From Candidatus Zipacnadia bacterium (lineage in GTDB: Bacteria; Armatimonadota; Zipacnadia; Zipacnadales; UBA5352), in assembly GCA_029821735.1 (NCBI GenBank), contig JALGSU010000017.1, positions 107,406-171,405 of the forward strand: DNA of 64,000 nucleotides, given 5' to 3'. The notes beneath the pieces are model-generated. The model ran no database searches. It had not been told where the DNA came from and was given only the letters and a program-made list of their open reading frames with translations. This document shows, piece after piece, positions 57,108-64,000 of the stretch; the stretch's first letter is position 1, and every line of letters begins with the position of its first letter. The translations under genes were made by a program, and so were the position numbers.

Positions 57108-58838
57108 ATGCAGGTGCACGAGTGTGATGTGCTGGTTGTTGGCGCAGGTGGAGCCGGGCTGCGGGCTGCCATTGAGGCCGCGCAGGCAGGCGCAAAGGTC
57201 ATCGTCGCCGCCAAGGGCACACCCGGCGCGTGCGGCACTACCTACACCGCCGCCTCGGACTGGATGGCCTTCGGTGCGGCCTTCGGCCACGCTGATGAGG
57301 CGGACGCTCCTCACGAGCACTGGATCGACATCCTCGTCAAGGGCGGTCTGGTCTGCAAGCCCGAGCTGTCGCGAGCGGTCGCGGAGGACGCACCGGCGCG
57401 CTTCCAGGAGCTTGAGGACTGGGGCGGCGACTTCGACAAGACCGAGGACGGCAAGTTCGTGCAGATACTCAGCGACGGTGCGCGCTACCCGCGCGCCTGC
57501 GGACGGGGCGCGGATACCGGACCGATCATCGTCAGCGTGCTCATGGAGCAGTGCCAGCGTGTGACCGAAAAGGGTCCCGGCTCAGTGGAGTTCCTGCCGC
57601 GAACCATGGTGGTCGACGTGGTCACCGACGGTGGCGCAGTGGTAGGCGCGTGGGGCGTCGACCACAATGACGAGCCGGTCGCCGTGGCCGCTCCCGCAGT
57701 AGTTCTGGCGTCCGGTGGCGCGGGCCAGCTTTACACGATAAACGTCTTCCCGCTCGGCTCAACCGGCGACGGCTATGCCATGGCTCTTCGCGCAGGCGTG
57801 CCGCTGGTGAACTTCGAGTTCGTCCAGATCGGCCCGAGCATCGTGCACCCGATCCACTTCGCGCTCTCGGGAGTATTCTGGCGGCTGGACCCGAAGATCA
57901 CCAATGTCAACGGTGAGGAGTTCATCTCCCGGTACATCCCGGAGGGCGTGGACATTGCCGAAGCGATCTACATCAAGGGCGTCTCGTATCCGTTCACTAT
58001 CCGCAACGCGAGCAAGTGGGTGGACGTGGGCGTCTTCACCGAAATCAGCGAGGGTCGGGGCACCGAGCACAACGGTGTGCTGATGAGCCTCGCGCACCGG
58101 CCGGCTGACGTGATCGAGACCGAGGCACATGTGCCGTTCGAGCACCTGATGCGCAGTAATCTGGATCTGCGCACTGAGGCGGTGGAGTTCGCGCCCGCCA
58201 TCCAGCACTTCAACGGTGGGGCCGAGATCGATGTGACCGCGGCGACGGCCTGTGCGGGGCTGTTCGCCTGCGGCGAGAGTGCAGGCGGGCAGCACGGCGC
58301 TGACCGACCGGGCGGGAATGCGCTGGCCGACTGTCAGGCCTTCGGCAAGCGTGCGGGCGAGAGCGCCGCTGCGGTGAGCGCCACGGCGAACGCCGGTGTC
58401 GTTGCACAGGCGGCCCAAGAGGGATACAATGAGCTTGGTGCATCCTGCGACGGTGAGTCCGTCGCGGCGATTACCGGGCGCCTGAGTTGGGAGATGTGGA
58501 AGGGCGCGTCGGTGGTTCGGACTGAGGAGACTTTGGCCGCTGCGCTTGCGGCTGCTGAGCAGGCCGCTGAACAATCGCAGGACGCCGCTGGCACGCGCTG
58601 GCAGCGGGCGGAACTGCGGAATCTGGCGCTGCTCGGCCAGTGCGTGGCCTTGCCCGCCGGGATGCGCAACGAGAGCCGTGGCACGCACTATCGGGCCGAC
58701 TGCGAGGCGGTTAATGACACCGACTGGCAGCGGCAGATACGAGTGAGTCTCGACGGCGGCGACGTGCGCGCCGAGGTGCTTGAGGCAATTGTCATGCCCG
58801 ACGAACTGGCTGGCATCGAGAAGCTGCTCGAGGGATAG
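57108..58838 (+). CDS. FAD-dependent oxidoreductase of the fumarate reductase / succinate dehydrogenase / L-aspartate oxidase flavoprotein family
   Basis: DVLVVGAGGAGLRAAIEAAQAGAKVIV dinucleotide fold and the family's overall architecture. I did not see a covalent-FAD His motif. Confidence 0.6.
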   Translation: MQVHECDVLVVGAGGAGLRAAIEAAQAGAKVIVAAKGTPGACGTTYTAASDWMAFGAAFGHADEADAPHEHWIDILVKGGLVCKPELSRAVAEDAPARFQELEDWGGDFDKTEDGKFVQILSDGARYPRACGRGADTGPIIVSVLMEQCQRVTEKGPGSVEFLPRTMVVDVVTDGGAVVGAWGVDHNDEPVAVAAPAVVLASGGAGQLYTINVFPLGSTGDGYAMALRAGVPLVNFEFVQIGPSIVHPIHFALSGVFWRLDPKITNVNGEEFISRYIPEGVDIAEAIYIKGVSYPFTIRNASKWVDVGVFTEISEGRGTEHNGVLMSLAHRPADVIETEAHVPFEHLMRSNLDLRTEAVEFAPAIQHFNGGAEIDVTAATACAGLFACGESAGGQHGADRPGGNALADCQAFGKRAGESAAAVSATANAGVVAQAAQEGYNELGASCDGESVAAITGRLSWEMWKGASVVRTEETLAAALAAAEQAAEQSQDAAGTRWQRAELRNLALLGQCVALPAGMRNESRGTHYRADCEAVNDTDWQRQIRVSLDGGDVRAEVLEAIVMPDELAGIEKLLEG

Positions 58839-58861
58839 AGCAGGCGGGAGGAGCGATCGAG

Positions 58862-59407
58862 ATGGCATGCGCGAACCACGCGGACCGTGAGAGCGTCGCG
58901 ATCTGCATGACCTGCAAGCAGGAGTTGTGTGACGAGTGCCGGCAGGTGGGCCCGGACGGCAAGTCCTACTGCGCCGAGCATGTTCCGGCTGACGTTGAGA
59001 TGCCGCCGATGGGCACGGCGCAACCTGCGACCGGCTCGAGCACTGAGTCCCCGATACTGGCGGCCCTGTGCTACCTGTGCTGGATACTTACGCCGATCAG
59101 CTTTCTGGTGCCGGTGATCGTGTTGGCGGGGGACTACAAGCAGTCGCGCTACATGCGCTACCATGCCTACAACGGGATTTTCTGGGGGCTGGCGCTGATC
59201 GTGATCGGCGTTGCTCTTTCGGTGGCGATCTGGGTGATGAAGGCTATCGGCCTGCCCGGGTTCATCCGAGCGCCGCTTGGCCTCGTGAGCTGGGCGGTGC
59301 TGCCGGTGGGGTTGATTGCGTCAATTCTCTTCGCAAGCAAGGCCAATAACCGCCAGGACGTCAAGATCCCGGGCATTTCTGGTCTCGCTGACAAGCAGGC
59401 CAAGTAA
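58862..59407 (+). CDS. Membrane protein with an N-terminal zinc-ribbon/B-box-like domain and a DUF4870-like TM domain
   Basis: CANHADRESVAICMTCKQELCDECRQ...YCAEH, then 3 TM helices. Confidence 0.45.
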   Translation: MACANHADRESVAICMTCKQELCDECRQVGPDGKSYCAEHVPADVEMPPMGTAQPATGSSTESPILAALCYLCWILTPISFLVPVIVLAGDYKQSRYMRYHAYNGIFWGLALIVIGVALSVAIWVMKAIGLPGFIRAPLGLVSWAVLPVGLIASILFASKANNRQDVKIPGISGLADKQAK

Positions 59408-59445
59408 GGTCCGAGCACACCATCTTTCGCTGAGCAAGGACATGG

Positions 59446-59976
59446 ATGAGCGAGTATGACCCCCTCGCCGACGCCGAGGAGTTGGGCGGCGAGGGCGTAG
59501 ACAACGATGGACAGGGCATCTACCCGTCCGAGGAACTGGACGAGGGCGTCCGCATACCCACGATCATCGAGTCGCGCACGCTCATCGTGTGCAGCTACCT
59601 GAGCGCTGCGGCCGCTCCTTACCTCATCTTCCTCCCCGCGATCTCGCTCGTCGTGCCCGCTATGAAACGTTCGCCGTGGATGCGCTTCCACGCGTGGAAC
59701 TCGCTGCTGCTGCATGTGGCTGTCACGGCGGCGGTCGAGTTGCTGAATCTGACAGGCCTGTGGTTCACGTTGATGCCGGGGGCTTCGCCGGACCCGGTCA
59801 ATATCGTTTCGCTGGTCCGCTGGGTGCTGGTCCCAACTGCGGCAGTGCTCTACAGCGCCCAGCTCGCATACGACGCGGCGAAGCGGCGGCCGACGCATAT
59901 CCCGCTGATTTCGTCGAGGGCGCATCGCCTCGCGAAAGATGAAGAGGACGAGGAGTTACCCGAGACGGACGAGTGA
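59446..59976 (+). CDS. DUF4870-like membrane protein (a paralog of the preceding gene that lacks the zinc ribbon), with acidic termini
   Basis: Similar TM core (AAPYLIFLP...RFHAWNSLLLHV). D/E-rich N- and C-termini. Confidence 0.4.
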   Translation: MSEYDPLADAEELGGEGVDNDGQGIYPSEELDEGVRIPTIIESRTLIVCSYLSAAAAPYLIFLPAISLVVPAMKRSPWMRFHAWNSLLLHVAVTAAVELLNLTGLWFTLMPGASPDPVNIVSLVRWVLVPTAAVLYSAQLAYDAAKRRPTHIPLISSRAHRLAKDEEDEELPETDE

Positions 59977-60060
59977 AGCGCAATACCATTCAGAACCGAT
60001 GCGGCGCGGCTTCATGATGAAGCCGCGCCGCTTACTTTGTGTGGCTGCGATGACCGGCGC

Positions 60061-61674
60061 TCAGCCGTTGAAGTCCACTTTCCCGTAGACCTCCCAGAAA
60101 TCAGCGACCTGGTTGGCGCAGGTGGCCGCGAGGATGGCGAAGTAGTCGGGCGTGAGGAAGGCGACGGGGACCTGTGACTCCCAGGCCACGTCCAGATCCG
60201 AGTCCAGCGCCAGCCGGCCAAAGGGGTCGTCCCAGTTGCGCTGGAGCAACTCAATCGCGAACTGGCCCTTCTGAGTGAGGTTCTCGCCGGGCATCCCGCC
60301 GGTGTACGCCTGAGTGTAGACGATGCCGTTGAGGATGATGCTGGCGTAGACGGAGACCTCGTTGTCATAGGGGAGCTTGAAGTATCTGTTGCCCTCGCCC
60401 TCGCGCTCCATGGTCTCATAGTTCAGTTCGGCGGCCTTGATGTGCTCTTCGAGCTTGTTGGTTAGCTCCGCCTCGTCTCCGCCTGGATACAGAGCTCCCA
60501 CTTCAGTCATGTCCTCGACGTTCATGAACTGGCCCCACCGCTCAATCTGTGTGCTGCCCGCTCGGGTGAGGGTCGCGAGGTAGTCGGGGGTGGCCACCGA
60601 CATCGGCACCTGCGCCTCCCAATAGAGGAGGTAGACGCCCTCCCTGTTGCGCAAGCTCATCCGGCCTACCGGGTCCTCGTAGTTGAAGCGCAGCGCCGCG
60701 ATGGCCGCACAGCCCTTCAGGTACGCGTTCTCGCCGGGCAGTTCGCTGATTTCGGCGTAGACGCGCAGGAAGTCCTCATACTCGTGCACATAGACGGCCT
60801 GACCTTCATCGGGTGTGACAGCGAAGGTGCCAGTGCCCGCCTGCTCGTAGGTGAGGTTGGTGACCGCGAGCAGCTCGCGAATGGCCTTGCCGGGGATGGG
60901 GGGCGGCGGGTCCGATGCCGGGTCGGTGGCCAGCCAGTCGCTGACGACTTTGGAGGGGATGGCGAACTTGGTGAGCATCCCGGAACTGACGAGCGTGAGC
61001 GTGTGCACGCCGGTGACGCTGCCGTCGGCGATGACGACCGGGCCACCGGAGTTGCCCTCCTCAGCGGAGGCATCGTGCTCGATATAGCGGCTGCCCTCCC
61101 AGTTGCGGTGGGCGGTGATGGTGCCCATGCGGATGGAGAACTCGCGCAAGCCGAGGGGATGCCCACAGACATAGATGCGGGAAGTCTCCACCACGTCGTC
61201 TGAGTTGACGAACCCCAGATAGACCGGGGTCGGCTGCTGGATCTGCAGCAGGGCAAGGTCGAGGTCATGGTTCTCGCGCAGCACTTCGGCCTCGAACTTC
61301 TGCTCTTCTCCGGTTGCCGGGTGGAAGACGACCACGACCTGCCGGGCCGTGGCGACAGTGACGCCGCCGAAATCGTCTTCAGAGGTCATGCTTACCACGT
61401 GGGCGTTAGTCACGACTTTGCCGTCGGCGCTGATGACGAAGCCGCTACCGCTGGCGCCGGTTTCACCGTCGGGCATGGTCAGTGTGACCTCGATCAGGAC
61501 CACGGCGTCCTTGAGCTTCGTGACCAGCGTCCCGGGGAGCGTCTGGGCTTGGGCCGCGGACATCAGTGGGGCTGGCGCGAAGGCGCACAGTCCGGCGATC
61601 ACGGCGGTCAGAACGACTGGCAGCAACAGGCCTCCCCGCGATCGGCCTGTCGACGGGCGGGGGTGGCGTACCAT
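60061..61674 (-). CDS. Secreted trypsin-like (S1C/DegP-like) serine protease fused to two C-terminal putative YbjN-like domains
   Basis: Signal peptide, catalytic triad context (VVTNAHVV, D, EGNSGGPV), then a duplicated ~130-aa module resembling YbjN-type sensory-transduction-regulator domains. Confidence 0.6.
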   Translation of the reverse strand: MVRHPRPSTGRSRGGLLLPVVLTAVIAGLCAFAPAPLMSAAQAQTLPGTLVTKLKDAVVLIEVTLTMPDGETGASGSGFVISADGKVVTNAHVVSMTSEDDFGGVTVATARQVVVVFHPATGEEQKFEAEVLRENHDLDLALLQIQQPTPVYLGFVNSDDVVETSRIYVCGHPLGLREFSIRMGTITAHRNWEGSRYIEHDASAEEGNSGGPVVIADGSVTGVHTLTLVSSGMLTKFAIPSKVVSDWLATDPASDPPPPIPGKAIRELLAVTNLTYEQAGTGTFAVTPDEGQAVYVHEYEDFLRVYAEISELPGENAYLKGCAAIAALRFNYEDPVGRMSLRNREGVYLLYWEAQVPMSVATPDYLATLTRAGSTQIERWGQFMNVEDMTEVGALYPGGDEAELTNKLEEHIKAAELNYETMEREGEGNRYFKLPYDNEVSVYASIILNGIVYTQAYTGGMPGENLTQKGQFAIELLQRNWDDPFGRLALDSDLDVAWESQVPVAFLTPDYFAILAATCANQVADFWEVYGKVDFNG

Positions 61675-61784
61675 TCCGGTTCCTCCTCGGACACGATCTC
61701 GATGGCGCAGGTCGTGCGCACCTTAAGGGAAGTTCGACACCCCGCTCGTTTTGGCCTCTGACGACTCCCGCGGCCGGCGGACAA

Positions 61785-63554
61785 CTACCAGCGCACCACT
61801 ACCTCATGCGAACCGCCTGCGAGTGCTACATGTGCCCACCAGCGTCCGTACTCGTGACGCACTTCGGCCTGCGCGTGTTCACCATTGATGGTCGCCGACA
61901 TCGCTTCGCACGGCACCGGCACCGTCGCGACGTAGCCGGTATCCCAGTCGCACTCGATCGCGAATGACACGCTGGCTGCTTCCTCGCGGGCGTGGCTGAT
62001 GGTGGCAGCGCTGCGCGCCCGCCACCAGAAAGTGATCTCGGCGTTGCTCATATGCACCGCGCGAATGCCGCGCTCGTCGATGTAACGCAGCGCCTCGTCG
62101 ATCGCGTCCCGGCACGATGAGTAGGCGTTTATGCACACAGGATGGTAGAACATGTTGCATGTTGTGTGCCAGAAAGCCGCGTTGTCGATGGCCCGATACA
62201 TCGGCTCGACCGCGAGCTGGTTCGCTTCGCGATCGTACCCGGATTCGTAGGCGTTGATGGGCTGGGCGATGAAGTCGAGTCGCTCGTTCGCCGCGTCCGG
62301 CCCCAGGCGGAAGAAGAACGGGAGACTGGTCCCGTAAGCATACCCGCACAGATTGAGGGGGTTGATTGCCGGCACGTTGGAGCAGAAACGGCTGTTGTCG
62401 GCCAGTACGCCCTCCTCGCGCAGCCACTGAGCCGGCTCAGTCCACCCGCACCACAATAGGTAGTGGAAGACCGTGCAGACGGGCGTCTCCCCGTACACCT
62501 CTCGGTAGAGCCGCACCTGCGCCTGCAGGTCCTCGCGAGTGAAGTGCAGCGGGTGCTCGTAGTCGTCGATGAAGTTCAGGTGCAGCGAGGGCTCGGTGCG
62601 GTTCTCCCGCATGCGGGCAAATTCCTCGGTGGACACGGTGAACTGCCCGTCGCGGGGCATGATGTTGACTTGGTAGGGGAGCCCGCGCTCGGCCATGAAG
62701 TCCGAGGCTACCATCTGCGCGCCGGCCAGGGCCTCGTCGTCGCCGCCCCAGAAGAAGAGGGCGTCCGCACAGGCCCCATCGAGCGCTGGAAGCTGGTGGA
62801 TCATCGGCTGGCCGGTCAGCGCAACGATGTTTCGCAGCAGGTTGACCAAGAGGTCGGTGAACGGCACCGCGGGGTCGCGGTCGCCGACAATCATCCCGTC
62901 GGAGCTGCGCAGATAGCCGTCCGGCACCCAATCGCCCTCGATCGGTCGCCCCTGCTGAATGGCCCAGACTGTGTGCGCGAGGTCGAAGGTGAACAGGCAA
63001 GCGTAGCCTTCGCCGACGCGCCGCAAGGTGATCGCAGGACGTCCGAGTGAGACGCCCTCGGTATCATTCAGAGCTGCGATCTGATCGGCACCGTCGAGGG
63101 TCACCAGGCGGACATCGCCGACGGTCAGCATTTCCTGGTCGGGCATGTCGGGGTGATAGAGCGGGGTTGCCAGGTCGCCATCGGTGAAGCGCAGAGCCGC
63201 GCTGATCTCCCAGGGGCCAAGACCTGCGATTCGTCCGTCGGAGTCCACGCCGAAGATCTCGTCGAGGCCCTCGGTGGCCATCCCGATCAGCAACCCGCCC
63301 GCGTGCACCCACTCGGCGAGCGCCTGGCGCTGATCATCGGTGAGGTAATCCGCGTGCAGACCGGGCAGCGCCAGTGTGGACAGGTGCGCGAGCGCGGCTG
63401 GATTGTGGAGCGCCTCGGGCGGCAGCGCCACCGCCTGCGCGCCGATGCTCTCGAAGAGGTCGTGCGCCCATGCGAACCAGTAGTTCTCGCCGCGGGCGTT
63501 GGCGGCCTCGAGCAGCGACTCATCCCACAGGTATGCAGTGCTGATTGCTCGCAT
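61785..63554 (-). CDS. Hypothetical protein (about 590 aa), Trp/aromatic-rich, possibly carbohydrate-active
   Basis: Start at 63554 with a CAGGAGGG RBS. I recognised no family. Confidence 0.4.
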   Translation of the reverse strand: MRAISTAYLWDESLLEAANARGENYWFAWAHDLFESIGAQAVALPPEALHNPAALAHLSTLALPGLHADYLTDDQRQALAEWVHAGGLLIGMATEGLDEIFGVDSDGRIAGLGPWEISAALRFTDGDLATPLYHPDMPDQEMLTVGDVRLVTLDGADQIAALNDTEGVSLGRPAITLRRVGEGYACLFTFDLAHTVWAIQQGRPIEGDWVPDGYLRSSDGMIVGDRDPAVPFTDLLVNLLRNIVALTGQPMIHQLPALDGACADALFFWGGDDEALAGAQMVASDFMAERGLPYQVNIMPRDGQFTVSTEEFARMRENRTEPSLHLNFIDDYEHPLHFTREDLQAQVRLYREVYGETPVCTVFHYLLWCGWTEPAQWLREEGVLADNSRFCSNVPAINPLNLCGYAYGTSLPFFFRLGPDAANERLDFIAQPINAYESGYDREANQLAVEPMYRAIDNAAFWHTTCNMFYHPVCINAYSSCRDAIDEALRYIDERGIRAVHMSNAEITFWWRARSAATISHAREEAASVSFAIECDWDTGYVATVPVPCEAMSATINGEHAQAEVRHEYGRWWAHVALAGGSHEVVVRW

Positions 63555-63760
63555 AGGCAGACCCTCCTGGAGAATAATCACGCCGGTCTTCGCCCTCTGT
63601 CGCGGGTGAACCTGCCCATGCGCGTGGCGCTGGTGATGACGCATGGCAGGAGGGAGGGATGAACTTGCATTCGGCGAATTAATGTGTTAGAACAGTCGGG
63701 TACTGTTGACTGAGAATACCACGGAGCAAAACCCCTGGGGTAAACGAGGAGAGTTGACGG

Positions 63761-64000
63761 ATGACGGATGAACAAGTCGGACTGTTGCAGGACCTGATGT
63801 TCAACACCGTGCCGGGCGATCTGGCGAATGCCGAGGACAGCTTCCGGGCGGACATGAAGACGATGCACGCGAAGGCAAGCAAGGCCGCCAAGGCCGACAT
63901 CGCTGAGGCACTGGCCGAGAGCGCCATCGACCTCAAGTCTCTGCTGCCGAAGTGGAATCTGCTCAACAAGGACCGCCACGGCGCCGCCGCCTGCTCTGAG
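63761..64000 (+). CDS. Hypothetical protein (only the 5' end is in the window)
   Basis: ATG at 63761 preceded by an AACGAGGAGAG RBS and an AT-rich leader. The open frame runs to the window edge. Confidence 0.4.
   Translation, partial: MTDEQVGLLQDLMFNTVPGDLANAEDSFRADMKTMHAKASKAAKADIAEALAESAIDLKSLLPKWNLLNKDRHGAAACSE

Overview
This is a high-GC (about 68%) bacterial chromosomal window with dense coding on both strands. There are no rRNA, tRNA or CRISPR genes and no recognisable transposase or integrase. Many of the listed ORFs are GC-driven shadow frames, and I kept about 50 genes that I could support. Housekeeping and metabolic content includes a fused transketolase (5' end in window, 3' end beyond position 1), a sulfatase, a beta-helix glycosidase or lyase, a Nif3 protein, an nfeD-flotillin operon, an indolepyruvate:ferredoxin oxidoreductase cluster (iorAB with two paaK ligases and an ACT protein), relA/spoT, and a polysaccharide-biosynthesis block (DegT aminotransferase, rfbD, GHMP kinase, a membrane domain fused to a WecB/TagA glycosyltransferase, PfkB kinase). 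It also includes fbaB plus a class II aldolase-like gene, and an S-adenosylhomocysteine hydrolase gene that appears frameshifted. The most unusual region is about 7.9-24.5 kb. It holds a KAP-family P-loop NTPase fused to a long array of HEAT (PBS-lyase type) repeats, divergently facing an M28 peptidase, an acidic secreted protein and a roughly 14-TM membrane protein. It is convergent with a tight tandem array of four paralogous zinc-ribbon / single-TM / HEAT-repeat proteins whose array is led by a vapBC toxin-antitoxin pair. The whole block is punctuated by a family of structured intergenic repeats (conserved ...GCCGTTTGGAGGGG... core followed by variable GC hairpins), with a long palindromic element duplicated on both sides of the Nif3 gene. 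Other notable items are a PEP-CTERM protein, an orphan N6-adenine DNA methyltransferase, an NfeD protein with an extreme (DHDV)n His/Asp repeat, a protease fused to two putative YbjN-like domains, and several palindromic candidate operator sites. All functional calls are from reading motifs in the translations; no database search was run.
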